A stretch of 32,000 nt of DNA from Cupriavidus necator (lineage in GTDB: Bacteria; Pseudomonadota; Gammaproteobacteria; Burkholderiales; Burkholderiaceae): NCBI RefSeq assembly GCF_016127575.1, contig NZ_CP066018.1, positions 1,230,001 through 1,262,000 on the forward strand. Direction: 5' to 3'. This document shows, piece after piece, positions 7,179 to 17,579 of this stretch. Made by a program: the position numbers and the translations under genes. Positions within the stretch are counted from its first letter, which is position 1; every line of letters begins with the position of its first letter. The notes below the pieces were generated by a model. The model worked only from the letters and a program-made list of their open reading frames with translations. It made no database searches and was not told the DNA's origin.

Positions 7179-7233
7179 GTCGTCTCCAGGTCGTCCTTAT
7201 GGTTTTGGGGGACAACGTTAGCTGGCTTGAGAA

Positions 7234-7250
7234 ATTACGTCCAATGCAAT
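7234..7250. promoter_or_regulatory. LysR-type T-N11-A box (ATT-N11-AAT) in the Bug/LysR divergent spacer
   Basis: ATTACGTCCAATGCAAT lies in the AT-rich 106-bp spacer 7179..7284. This is the classical position for LysR autoregulation and target activation. Confidence 0.4.
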
Positions 7251-7284
7251 ATTTTTCAGTTTTTGATGCAAGAATGATTAATTC

Positions 7285-8226
7285 ATGGGTCTAAGGCAGC
7301 TGCATCACTTCGTCACGCTGGTCGAGCAAGGCAGTTTTGCCCGAGCCGCCGGCGCCCTGCACCTGTCGCAGCCGGCGCTCACCCGCAGCATCCAGGCGCT
7401 GGAAGCGGACCTGGGGCCGCTGATCGACCGCAGCTACGGCAAGGTGCGGCCAACCGCGGCGGGCATGCTGGCGCTCGAACGCGCGCGCCGCATGCTGCGC
7501 GAACAGCGCGAGTTGCGGCGCGACCTGCAACTGCTGGAGGAAGTAGAGATCGGCACGATCCGCGCGGGCTTCGGGCCGTTCGCGGCATCGTTCCTGCTCG
7601 ATCCCGTGCTCGAGACGCTGGTGCGGCGCTACCCGCATCTGCGCATCGACCTGGAGACCGCGGACACGCCGGCCATGCGGCGTTCGCTCGAAGCGGAACG
7701 CCTCGATGTCTTTGTAGGCGAAAGCCGCAGCCTGGCGGAACTGGGACACCTGCAGATTGACCGGCTGCCGGCACTGGAAACGGCATTCTTCGTGCGCAGC
7801 GGGCACCCGCTGGCGCGGCAGCGCGAAGTCACCCTGGCCGAGCTGCGCGCCTATCCGGTGGCAGGGACGCGGCTGCCGGCGCATATCCTGCGCTTCTTCC
7901 GGCAGGCACTGCATCAAGCCAGCGGTGGCAGCGGCCCGGTTTCCGAGGACGCGCCCGGGCTGATGACCGTCACCTGCAACGACATGCACGCGCTGCGCTC
8001 GCTGCTGCTGGCCGTCGATGCCGTGGCGCTGGTACCCGTGGCGATGATGGCCGAGGCCTGCGCGCAAGGCTTGGCCGTGGCCCTGCCGATGCACCCGCCA
8101 ACCGAGCTGAGGGCGCAGTATGGGATCGTGTCGCTGGCCGGGCGCTCACCGTCGCCGGCCATGCGCGTCTTCGCGGCGCTGGTGCATGAAGCAGTGGCGC
8201 AAGCCGGCGGCGGTGCCGCGCTGTAG
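7285..8226 (+). CDS. LysR family transcriptional regulator
   Basis: Track ORF of 313 aa. The N-terminal HTH is LRQLHHFVTLVEQGSFARAAGALHLSQPALTRSIQALEADLG, followed by a LysR substrate-binding domain. The gene is divergent from the Bug gene. Confidence 0.9.
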   Translation: MGLRQLHHFVTLVEQGSFARAAGALHLSQPALTRSIQALEADLGPLIDRSYGKVRPTAAGMLALERARRMLREQRELRRDLQLLEEVEIGTIRAGFGPFAASFLLDPVLETLVRRYPHLRIDLETADTPAMRRSLEAERLDVFVGESRSLAELGHLQIDRLPALETAFFVRSGHPLARQREVTLAELRAYPVAGTRLPAHILRFFRQALHQASGGSGPVSEDAPGLMTVTCNDMHALRSLLLAVDAVALVPVAMMAEACAQGLAVALPMHPPTELRAQYGIVSLAGRSPSPAMRVFAALVHEAVAQAGGGAAL

Positions 8227-8379
8227 GCCCAGGTCATGGCCCGGGCGTTGGGGATTCAGCCAGCAGCGACCGCGGGCTGCACAGCTTCGACACGCGACGG
8301 CAGGTGCGCGGCCAGCCGGCGGCGCGAGCGCTCAGGGTTGTCCACGTACAGGCCGGCCAGCGACGACACCGATGCGTCG

Positions 8380-8794
8380 ATGGCGAGGATCGCACCGCGC
8401 TATTCGCGTGGCCTGCGCACCACGCTGCTGCTGCTGGAAGCCGGCCGCCGGCTGCTGCGAGCGCACGCTGGAACAGGTCTCGATCCAGGAAATCTGCGCG
8501 CAGGCCGGCGTCACGACCGGCGCGTTCTACAGCCGCTTCGAAGGCAAGGATAGCTATTTCAGGGCGCTGCAAGCCCTGGTGCTGGCCACGCTGCGCAAGG
8601 GCATGGCCGAGCCGCTTGCGCAACTCCACCCGGCGGGCGCCTCGCCGGAACTGGAACTGCGCATCCGCTTTGCGCACCAGGCGCTGGCCGGCACGCTGCT
8701 GTACGCGCTGATCAACCGCGACAGCACCTTTGCGCTGTCGGACCGGCGGCTGGATATGGAGATGGCACGGGCGTTCCTGCTGTACGTGGCATAG
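8380..8794 (+). pseudogene. TetR/AcrR-family regulator, apparently disrupted by a 1-nt frameshift near 8458..8461 and short at the C-terminus
   Basis: Frame 1 from ATG 8380 gives MARIAPRYSRGLRTTLLLLEAGRRLLR, which looks like TetR helix 1, and then runs into nonsense. Frame 2 continues from 8459 as ERTLEQVSIQEICAQAGVTTGAFYSRFEGKDSYFRAL... to stop 8792..8794, which is the TetR HTH. Joined, they read as one canonical TetR N-domain. An alternative intact call (ATG 8372, frame 2) has a Cys/Arg/Trp-rich N-terminus unlike any TetR. Confidence 0.6.
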
Positions 8795-8810
8795 CCACGC
8801 GCCGCCAATG

Positions 8811-8836
8811 CCAAGAGGCCCCGCGGGGCCTCTTGG
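8811..8836. terminator. Perfect 26-nt palindromic hairpin between the convergent TetR relic and glmS; likely bidirectional terminator
   Basis: The sequence is CCAAGAGGCCCCG|CGGGGCCTCTTGG, followed by TTCTTCC on the plus strand. It lies 17 nt after the TetR stop and 35 nt after the glmS stop. Confidence 0.6.
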
Positions 8837-8870
8837 TTCTTCCAGCAAGCGCAGCGGGGCTGCCCGCGCC

Positions 8871-10709
<1,839 letters not shown>

Positions 10710-10727
10710 GCTGAACCCCCGTTTGCT

Positions 10728-10817
10728 GGCGCCTGCCCGTAGACCTCAGGCGCCGGTATGAATCCTGTGGCGCCGCCTCGCCGAGGCGGCGCGTGCCCTG
10801 GCCGCCCGCGGGCGGCC
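10728..10817 (-). other. Three GC-rich stem-loops filling the glmU-glmS spacer
   Basis: The first is GGCGCCTG-N11-CAGGCGCC (10728..10754). The second is GCGCCGCCTCG-C-CGAGGCGGCGC (10770..10792). The third is the 18-nt perfect palindrome GGCCGCCCGCGGGCGGCC (10800..10817). The structures are directly visible; their function is unknown. Confidence 0.5.
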
Positions 10818-10826
10818 CTCTGACGC

Positions 10827-12191
10827 TTACTTCTTCGGCTGCTTGACCGGCCGCTGCCAGGCGTCGATGGTCAGCTGCTTGGCCCGCGACAGCGTCAGCT
10901 TGTCGGCGGGCGCCTCCTTGGTCAGCGTGGTGCCGGCGCCCAGCGTGGCGCCGCGGCGCACCGTCACCGGGGCCACCAGCTGGGTGTCGGAGCCGATAAA
11001 GACATCGTCCTCGATCACGGTGCGGTGCTTGTTCACGCCGTCATAGTTGCAGGTGATGGTACCCGCGCCAATATTGACGCGCGACCCCACCGTGGCATCG
11101 CCCACATAAGCCAGGTGGTTGGCCTTGCTGTGCGCGGCCACCTGGGCATTCTTGACCTCGACAAAGTTGCCGATATGCACGTCCTCGCCCAGCTCGGTGC
11201 CGGGGCGCAGCCGCGCGTACGGCCCGATGCGCCCGGCGGGGCCAACCCTGGCCTCGTCGATATGGCAGAACGGGTGCACCTGGGCGCCGGCGCCGACGGT
11301 GCTGTTGCGGATCACGCAATGGGCGCCGATGCGCACACCGTCTTCCAGGTGCACGCGCCCTTCGAATACGCAGCCGACGTCGATGGTGACGTCGCGCCCG
11401 CAGCTCAGTTCGCCGCGCACGTCGATGCGGGCCGGATCCAGCAGCGTTACGCCGGCTTCCAGCAGCCGCCGGGCCTGGTTGCCCTGGTGGATGCGCTCGA
11501 CCTCGGCCAGCTGCAGCTTGCTGTTGACGCCGAGCGTCTCCCAGATCGCCGCCGGCTGGGCCGAGACAGTCTCCACGCCATCGGCCACGGCGCGCTCGAC
11601 CGTGTCGGTCAGGTAGTACTCGCCCTGGGCATTGTCGTTGCGCAGCGTCGACAGCCACTTGCGCAGGTGGCCGGTGGGGCACACGATAATGCCGGTGTTG
11701 ATCTCGCGGATTGCCTTCTCGGCCTCGCTGGCGTCCTTCTGCTCGACGATGCGGACGATGCTGCCCGCGGCATCGCGCACGATGCGGCCGTAGCCGGTCG
11801 GGTCGGGCATTTCCACGGTCAGCACGCCCAAGCGCTGGGTGCCGGCTTCGGCCACAAGTGCCTGGAGCGTGGCAGCGCTGGTGAGCGGAACGTCACCATA
11901 CAGAACCAACGTGGGCTGGCTGTCGTCCAACAAGGGAAGTGCCTGCATCACCGCATGGCCCGTGCCCAGCTGCTGGGGCTGTTCGGCGAAGGCGACATCG
12001 TCGGCGGCAACGGCCTCGCGCACGCGCGCGGCACCGTGGCCGACCACGACCACCAGCCGCGACGGCGACAGCGCACGTGCCGTGTCCAGGACATGCGCGA
12101 GCATGGGCCGCCCGGCTACCGGGTGCAGTACCTTGGGCAAATCGGAATACATCCGCTTGCCCATGCCCGCGGCGAGAATGACGATATTCAC
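10827..12191 (-). CDS. glmU: Bifunctional UDP-N-acetylglucosamine diphosphorylase / glucosamine-1-phosphate N-acetyltransferase
   Basis: Track ORF 10827..12311 trimmed to GTG 12191. This gives the canonical N-terminus (M)[22 protein letters not shown]. The C-terminal half has left-handed beta-helix hexapeptide repeats. Length is 454 aa. Confidence 0.93.
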   Translation of the reverse strand: MNIVILAAGMGKRMYSDLPKVLHPVAGRPMLAHVLDTARALSPSRLVVVVGHGAARVREAVAADDVAFAEQPQQLGTGHAVMQALPLLDDSQPTLVLYGDVPLTSAATLQALVAEAGTQRLGVLTVEMPDPTGYGRIVRDAAGSIVRIVEQKDASEAEKAIREINTGIIVCPTGHLRKWLSTLRNDNAQGEYYLTDTVERAVADGVETVSAQPAAIWETLGVNSKLQLAEVERIHQGNQARRLLEAGVTLLDPARIDVRGELSCGRDVTIDVGCVFEGRVHLEDGVRIGAHCVIRNSTVGAGAQVHPFCHIDEARVGPAGRIGPYARLRPGTELGEDVHIGNFVEVKNAQVAAHSKANHLAYVGDATVGSRVNIGAGTITCNYDGVNKHRTVIEDDVFIGSDTQLVAPVTVRRGATLGAGTTLTKEAPADKLTLSRAKQLTIDAWQRPVKQPKK

Positions 12192-12376
12192 AAGGAGACC
12201 CCTAGGTGAGTGTGTCCGAAAATATTCTTGAAAACGCCAGCCGGGTGTTTGGCGGACTGCGCCGCCAGGCTTGGCGAAAACCTGCAGCCAGGCCTGCGCA
12301 TAATCCCGCAAACCCTTGCCAGGACTTGGCTGGCAGTCATCTGGGTGGCCCGGTTGCGATGCGCGCCGATTTTAAC

Positions 12377-13309
12377 ATGGCGGTTTCTGCGCATCAGACC
12401 GTCGTTTCCGAATTTCACAATTGCTGGGCCCGGCGGATTTTCGCGATTCTGGGCGCGGCGGCCTTGTGCGCCTGCAGCGCCATGAAGCTGGGATACCAGC
12501 AGGGTGACCACCTGGCCTACTGGTGGATCGACAACTACGTCGATGTCAGCACGGCCCAGGAACCGCTCACGCGCGAGGCCATTGCACGCTTTTTTGCCTG
12601 GCATCGCAAGGCGCAGTTGCCGGAAATCGCCACCTTGCTGCAGCAGGCCAAGGCCGACGTGCGCCAACCGGTGACCCCGGCCACGGTCGAGCACTTCCAG
12701 GATGCCTCGCAGCAACTGGCGCGCAAGTCGTTCGAACAGGCGATGCCCGACCTCGCCGACCTGTTGCTGACGCTGACGCCTGAGCAGATCGGCCGCATGG
12801 AAAAGAAATTTGCCGAGGGCAATGCCAAGTACCGCAAGAAATTCCTGAATCCAGACCCTGCCGAGCGCGAGGAAGCTCGCTATGACAAGGTGATGGACTA
12901 CGCGAGGCTGGTCTACGGCAACTTCTCCAGCGATCAGGAAAAGGCCATCCGCGCCAGGATGGGCCCGGTGGTGCAGAATGCCGAGGCGCGCTACGCCGAG
13001 CGCGTCGCCCGGCAGCAGGAATGGCTCAGGATGGTGCGCTACGTGCAGGCCACGCAGCCGCCCAAGGCGCAGGTGATAGACGTGCTGCGCCGCTTCCGCG
13101 AATACTGGCAGAACCCGCCAGCCAAGCATGCCGCCAGCCACGAGGCCAGCATCAATGCGGGCATCGCGCTGACCGTGGCCATCGCCAACATGACCACGCC
13201 GCAGCAGAAAGCGCATGCGCAAGACCGGTTCCAGAAATGGATCGACGACACGCATGCGCTGATACGCGAGAAGGCAAACGCCCCGGTGCAGTCGGCGGCG
13301 ACAAACTGA
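12377..13309 (+). CDS. Putative lipoprotein (DUF6279-like)
   Basis: Track ORF 12206..13309. The signal/lipobox is WARRIFAILGAAALCAC|S, followed by MKLGYQQGDHLAYWWIDNYVD. The start is uncertain (ATG 12377 or ATG 12359), with no clear SD. The family name is from memory. Confidence 0.7.
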   Translation: MAVSAHQTVVSEFHNCWARRIFAILGAAALCACSAMKLGYQQGDHLAYWWIDNYVDVSTAQEPLTREAIARFFAWHRKAQLPEIATLLQQAKADVRQPVTPATVEHFQDASQQLARKSFEQAMPDLADLLLTLTPEQIGRMEKKFAEGNAKYRKKFLNPDPAEREEARYDKVMDYARLVYGNFSSDQEKAIRARMGPVVQNAEARYAERVARQQEWLRMVRYVQATQPPKAQVIDVLRRFREYWQNPPAKHAASHEASINAGIALTVAIANMTTPQQKAHAQDRFQKWIDDTHALIREKANAPVQSAATN

Positions 13310-13329
13310 AGCCCTGCCCAAAACGAAGC

Positions 13330-13353
13330 ACGCCCGCGCAAGCGGGCGTTTTT
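13330..13353. terminator. Rho-independent terminator between the convergent lipoprotein gene and ttcA
   Basis: The stem is ACGCCCGC-GCAA-GCGGGCGT (GNRA loop), followed by TTTTT on the plus strand. The minus-strand side is followed by GCTTCGTTTTGG, so it may act in both directions. Confidence 0.75.
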
Positions 13354-13373
13354 CCATGCGGCGGGCGCTGGCG

Positions 13374-14318
13374 CTACTGCGTGCCGGCCTGCTCCGCCGC
13401 CGGTGCCGCAGCAGCCGCGGGCGGGCGCTCGAAGCGCACGAACTCCATCCGGTTCTCTTCCACGTTGCCGGCAAACATCAGCGGCTGCTGCTGGAAGGTG
13501 GTTTCGCCGAACAGTGACGCCTCATCCACCTTGGCCAGGCCGGTGGCCAGCCCGGTGAACGGGAACAGGTCGGTATCGGCCAGGTGCGACGGCACCACGT
13601 TGCGCAGCGCCGAGAAGATATTGTCGATACGGCCCGGGTTCTGGCGCTCCCAGTCCTGCAGCATCTCGCTGACCTTCTTGCGCTGCAGGTTTTCCTGCGA
13701 GCCGCACAGGTTGCACGGGATGATCGGGAATTCCATGGCGCGCGCGTACGACGCGATGTCCTTCTCCGAGCAATACGCCAGCGGGCGGATCACGATGTGC
13801 TGGCCGTCGTCGGTCGACAGCTTGGGCGGCATCGCCTTCATCTTGCCGCCGAAGAACATGTTCAGGAAGAAGGTCTGGACGATGTCGTCGCGGTGGTGGC
13901 CCAGCGCGATCTTGTTGGCGCCCAGCTCCTTGGCGGTGCGGTAGATCACGCCGCGGCGCAGGCGCGAGCACAGCGAGCAGGTGGTCTTGCCCTCGGGCAC
14001 CTTCTCCTTGACGATCGAGTAGGTATCCGCCTCGACGATCACATATTCCACGCCGACCGACTTCAGGTACTCCGGCAGGATGTGTTCCGGGAAGCCGGGC
14101 TGCTTCTGGTCCAGGTTCATCGCGATCAGCTTGAACTTGATCGGCGCGCGCTTCTGCAGCGCCATCAGGACCGACAGCATGGTGTACGAGTCCTTGCCGC
14201 CACTCATGCAGACCAGCACGGTGTCGCCGTCCTCGATCATGCCGAAGTCGCCGATGGCCTTGCCGGTTTGCGATTGCAGCCTCGTCTCGAGGCGGTAGAA
14301 GTTGTTAGAGTGGCTCAT
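13374..14318 (-). CDS. ttcA: tRNA 2-thiocytidine(32) synthetase
   Basis: Track ORF 13374..14381 trimmed to ATG 14318 ([11 protein letters not shown]...), with an AGGA SD upstream. It has the PP-loop CMSGGKDS and the Cys motifs [10 protein letters not shown] and PCNLCGS. Confidence 0.93.
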   Translation of the reverse strand: MSHSNNFYRLETRLQSQTGKAIGDFGMIEDGDTVLVCMSGGKDSYTMLSVLMALQKRAPIKFKLIAMNLDQKQPGFPEHILPEYLKSVGVEYVIVEADTYSIVKEKVPEGKTTCSLCSRLRRGVIYRTAKELGANKIALGHHRDDIVQTFFLNMFFGGKMKAMPPKLSTDDGQHIVIRPLAYCSEKDIASYARAMEFPIIPCNLCGSQENLQRKKVSEMLQDWERQNPGRIDNIFSALRNVVPSHLADTDLFPFTGLATGLAKVDEASLFGETTFQQQPLMFAGNVEENRMEFVRFERPPAAAAAPAAEQAGTQ

Positions 14319-14427
14319 GGAGCATCCTGTTGCGTGGCGCCCGCCGGATGGAATGGCCGGCGCGGCGCGAAGGGGCAACATTTTACTTTAGGCGCCCGCA
14401 CGGTGCTGGCGCCAGTGGAACCGCGAC

Positions 14428-14829
14428 TCAGGCCTGCTTGATATGGAAGACCTCGACGCCGACCGAATCGCAGTCCGGGTACACGTCGGGCTTCTCGGTC
14501 GAGACACGCACCGCGCGCACCTTGGGATGCTTCAGCATGGCGCGCGCGACGTCGTCGCACAAGGTTTCCTGCAGGTGCACGTGGCCCTGCGCCATGCGCT
14601 CGGCCACGGTGTTGCGCATGAAGTCGTAGTCGACCACTTCGTCGAGCTTGTCGGCCTGCGGGGTGCTCTGCGCCAGCGGCACGAACAGGTCGATATTGAT
14701 TAGCACCCGCTGTTCGCCCTTCTTCTCGAATTCGTGCACGCCGATATTGATCTGCACTTCGTAGTTGCGCAGGAACATGCGTCGGCAGTCTTGCAGGCTG
14801 GGGTGGGAAAGGGCGGCGAGCATGGTCAT
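14428..14829 (-). CDS. folB: Dihydroneopterin aldolase
   Basis: Track ORF of 133 aa. FLRNYEVQINIGVHEFEKKGEQRVLINIDL aligns with the FolB N-terminal strands. The start is ambiguous (ATG 14829, or ATG 14778 giving 116 aa), and neither has an SD. Confidence 0.85.
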   Translation of the reverse strand: MTMLAALSHPSLQDCRRMFLRNYEVQINIGVHEFEKKGEQRVLINIDLFVPLAQSTPQADKLDEVVDYDFMRNTVAERMAQGHVHLQETLCDDVARAMLKHPKVRAVRVSTEKPDVYPDCDSVGVEVFHIKQA

Positions 14830-14915
14830 GAGCGGGCTGCTGAGGGGGAAAAGGAAGCCGCGCCCGGCGGGCGCGGCACATCAGGCACTACGGTATTCGG
14901 TTGCTGGCTTCCAGC

Positions 14916-15770
14916 TTACTCGGTCAGGAACATCACGTCGCGCGCCAGCGGCATCAGGTGCTGGCCGCCGTCCACATACAGCGTGGTGCCGGTCACGGCG
15001 CGCGCCTGCGCCAGGTAGGCCACCGCCTGGGCGATGTCCTCGGGCGTGGATGACTGGCCCAGCGGCGTCACCCGGTGCGCGCGGCGGAAGCTCTGCTCGG
15101 ACTGCTCGCCCGACACCAGCGTGATACCCGGGGCCACGCCCACCACGCGCAGGCGCGGCGCCAGCGCCTGGGCCAGCTGCACCGTGGCGGTCTGCAGCGC
15201 GGCCTTGGACAGCGTGTAGGACAGGAAGTCCGGATTCAGGTTATCCAGCTTCTGGTCCAGCAGGTTGATCACCACCCCGCGCGGTTCGGCGGCCTTGTCC
15301 TTGCCGGCGGCGGCGCCCAGCGCCTTGTGCAGTTCCCGCGCCAGCAGCAGCGGCGCGGCGACGTTGGTGCGCATATGCGTATCCAGCGACGCATATGAGA
15401 AGCTGGTCGCCACGTCGTACTGGAACAGCGAAGCGTTGTTGACCAGGCAAGCGGGCACGCCCAGCACGGCGGTGCAGTCGGCCACCAGGCGGCCGGTGGC
15501 GGCCTCGTCGGCCAGGTCGGCGCGCAGCACCGCGGCACGGCGGCCCAGCGCGCGGATCTGCGTGGCCAGGGCCTCGGCCTCGTCCACCGAGCGATGGCAG
15601 TGCACGGCCACGTCCCAGCCCTGCGCCGCCAGTTCAAGCGCGATGGCGCGGCCCAGGCGGCGCGCGCCGCCGGTCACCAGCGCCACGCCGCGGGCGGTGG
15701 CGCGCTGGCTACCAGTCTGGCTATGGGTCTGGTCAGCGGTCTGGCTGGCAGGAGTCTTGGATGCGGGCAT
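14916..15770 (-). CDS. SDR-family oxidoreductase, pteridine/dihydromonapterin-reductase-like (adjacent to folB)
   Basis: Track ORF of 284 aa. It has the cofactor motif VTGGARRLG and the catalytic motif YTLSKAAL (YxxxK). The low-complexity N-terminus (MPASKTPASQTADQTHSQTGSQ) has visibly more A/T-ending codons. An alternative GTG start at 15686 is possible. Confidence 0.85.
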   Translation of the reverse strand: MPASKTPASQTADQTHSQTGSQRATARGVALVTGGARRLGRAIALELAAQGWDVAVHCHRSVDEAEALATQIRALGRRAAVLRADLADEAATGRLVADCTAVLGVPACLVNNASLFQYDVATSFSYASLDTHMRTNVAAPLLLARELHKALGAAAGKDKAAEPRGVVINLLDQKLDNLNPDFLSYTLSKAALQTATVQLAQALAPRLRVVGVAPGITLVSGEQSEQSFRRAHRVTPLGQSSTPEDIAQAVAYLAQARAVTGTTLYVDGGQHLMPLARDVMFLTE

Positions 15771-15779
15771 TGCTACAAT
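15771..15779 (+). promoter_or_regulatory. Extended -10 element TGCTACAAT, placed so that transcription would start at or next to the ATG of the methyltransferase gene (possible leaderless mRNA)
   Basis: The hexamer TACAAT occupies 15774..15779 and is preceded by TGc. The A of ATG 15786 lies 7 nt downstream of the hexamer. The whole divergent spacer is only 15 bp. Confidence 0.3.
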
Positions 15780-15785
15780 CGCAGG

Positions 15786-16985
15786 ATGCAGAAAGCCGCT
15801 AGTTTACCCCTTCCCCCCGCCGACGCGCAGGCCGCGTCCGATACCCTTACGGCCCGCATTGGCGAATCCATCGATGCGGCCGGCGGCTGGATCGGCTTTG
15901 ACCGCTATATGGCGCTGGCACTGTACGCGCCCGGCCTGGGCTATTACAGCGGCGGTTCGGCCAAGTTCGGGCGCGATGCCCGCGACGGCAGCGACTTCAT
16001 CACCGCCCCGGAACTGAGCCCCTTCTTCGCGCGCACGCTGGCGCGCCAGTTCGCGCCGCTGATGGCACAGGGATTGCCGCGCATGCTGGAATTCGGCGCC
16101 GGCACCGGCCGGCTGGCGGCGGACCTGCTGCTGGGGCTGGAGCAGGAAGGCCAGTTGCCGGACACGTACGCCATCGTCGAGCTGTCGGGCGAACTGCGTG
16201 CGCGCCAGCAGGCCACGCTGGCGCAGCGCGCGCCGCACCTGGCGGACCGCGTCACCTGGCTCGATACGCTGCCGGCCAGCTTTGAAGGCGTGATCGTCGG
16301 CAATGAAGTGCTGGATGCGATGCCGGTGCAGCTCTACGCACGCAGCGGCGGCCGCTGGCATGAGCGCGGCGTAGTGCACAGCGTAGCGCGCAGCGACGAT
16401 GCCGCCCCCGCCTTCCGCTTCGAGGACCGCCCGCTGGCCGATGCCGACATGCCCGAGGCACTGCGCGCCATCCCGGGCGACCACGACCTCGTTACCGAGA
16501 CCCATGCCGAGGCCGAGGGCTTTATCCGCGCGGTCGGCGCCATGCTGGCGCGCGGCGCGGCCTTCTTTATCGACTACGGCTTCCCGGCGGGCGAGTACTA
16601 CCACCCGCAGCGCGCCGGCGGCACGCTGATGTGCCACTACCGCCATCATGCGCACCCGGACCCGTTCCTGTACCCGGGCCTGCAGGACATCACCGCGCAC
16701 GTGAATTTCAGCGGCATTGCGCTCGCCGCGGTGGATGCGGGACTGACCGTGGCGGGCTTTGCCTCGCAGGCGCGCTTCCTGATGAATGCAGGCATCACCG
16801 AGCTGCTGATGGCGCTGGACCCGTCCGACGCCCGCGCCTTCCTGCCGCAGGCCAATGCGGTGCAGAAGCTGTTGTCGGAAGCCGAGATGGGCGAGCTGTT
16901 CAAGGTGATCGCGCTCACGCGCGGCCTGGACGACAGCGAACCGATGGACGGCTTTACCCGCGGCGACCGCTGCCATACCTTGTAA
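15786..16985 (+). CDS. Class I SAM-dependent methyltransferase (DUF185 / MidA / NDUFAF7 family)
   Basis: Track ORF 15594..16985 trimmed to ATG 15786 (MQKAASLPLPP...). Family blocks are YMALALYAPGLGYY, DFITAPE and LEFGAGTGRLAADLL (SAM motif I). Confidence 0.88.
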   Translation: MQKAASLPLPPADAQAASDTLTARIGESIDAAGGWIGFDRYMALALYAPGLGYYSGGSAKFGRDARDGSDFITAPELSPFFARTLARQFAPLMAQGLPRMLEFGAGTGRLAADLLLGLEQEGQLPDTYAIVELSGELRARQQATLAQRAPHLADRVTWLDTLPASFEGVIVGNEVLDAMPVQLYARSGGRWHERGVVHSVARSDDAAPAFRFEDRPLADADMPEALRAIPGDHDLVTETHAEAEGFIRAVGAMLARGAAFFIDYGFPAGEYYHPQRAGGTLMCHYRHHAHPDPFLYPGLQDITAHVNFSGIALAAVDAGLTVAGFASQARFLMNAGITELLMALDPSDARAFLPQANAVQKLLSEAEMGELFKVIALTRGLDDSEPMDGFTRGDRCHTL

Positions 16986-17001
16986 CGGCACCGGAGCCGC
17001 C

Positions 17002-17196
17002 ATGCTGCGCTGGACCCTGACCATTTTCCTGAGCGTGATCATCCTGTCCGCGGCGCTGCCATGGCTGCAGAGGATCGGACTGGGACGGCTGCCCGGCGAC
17101 GTGCGCTTCCGCGTTTTCGGGCGCGAATTCGTGCTTCCGTTTGCGTCGACGATCCTGATTTCGCTGATGGCGCTGGCGATCGGCAAGCTGCTGTAG
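17002..17196 (+). CDS. DUF2905 family small membrane protein
   Basis: Track ORF of 64 aa, MLRWTLTIFLSVIILSAALPWLQRIGLGRLPGDVRFRVFGREFVLPFASTILISLMALAIGKLL. A GGAG SD lies 5 nt upstream. The gene starts 17 nt after the methyltransferase stop. Confidence 0.8.
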   Translation: MLRWTLTIFLSVIILSAALPWLQRIGLGRLPGDVRFRVFGREFVLPFASTILISLMALAIGKLL

Positions 17197-17223
17197 TTTT
17201 CGGAATCCCTTCGACGGCAGCGG

Positions 17224-17538
17224 CAATTCGGCAAGAGTGCCGAATTCGCGGTGTGCGGCTCGCAATGGGACCGCACGCTGAGCTACAAGGTCCGCTGGTT
17301 CGGCACGGCCGACCAGTATGCGCAGCGCTTCGAGAAGGAGTACCGCTACGAGGCGCCATACCAGGCAGCCGGGTCCACCGCCGCGGTGCTGGCCTTCGCC
17401 GACGCCTTCGAGCGTGCCGGCTCGTTCGATACGGAGAAGGTCGGCTATGTCCTGGTGGCCGGCCAGCTGGCCATGGCCGGAACGGGTAGCGAACTGGGCC
17501 GGGACCCGGAGGTCGGCAGGTTGTTTCTTGGCGCCTGA
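17224..17538 (+). pseudogene. Relic (internal fragment only) of a periplasmic ABC-transporter substrate-binding protein, LivK/branched-chain-amino-acid type
   Basis: Track ORF 17251..17538. The stretch SQWDRTLSYKVRWFGTADQYAQRFEKEYRYEAPYQAAGSTAAVLAFADAFERAGSFDTEKV matches the C-terminal lobe of about 400-aa type-I binding proteins. There is no signal peptide or N-terminal lobe. The sequence after EKV is unrelated and ends at stop 17536..17538. Confidence 0.55.
17225..17246 (+). other. Perfect 9-bp stem-loop AATTCGGCA-agag-TGCCGAATT downstream of the DUF2905 gene
   Basis: Directly visible in the sequence. It has no following T-tract, so a terminator function is uncertain. Confidence 0.4.
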
Positions 17539-17579
17539 ACCACTGCTGCGGCGCGGTGACGCCTTACAAGGAGATCCAA

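Noticed and set aside
8795-8870. Possible Tn7-type insertion or attTn7 cargo just past the glmS 3' end.
   Set aside because: Only 76 bp separate the glmS stop from the TetR relic. They contain just a small hairpin and the 26-nt terminator palindrome. There are no Tn7 end repeats, no tns genes and no direct-repeat scar that I can see.
12305-12322. Sigma-54-like TGGCA...TTGC element upstream of glmU (minus strand CTGGCAAGGGTTTGCGGG).
   Set aside because: The GG-to-GC spacing is one nucleotide shorter than the -24/-12 consensus, and glmU is not an expected RpoN target.
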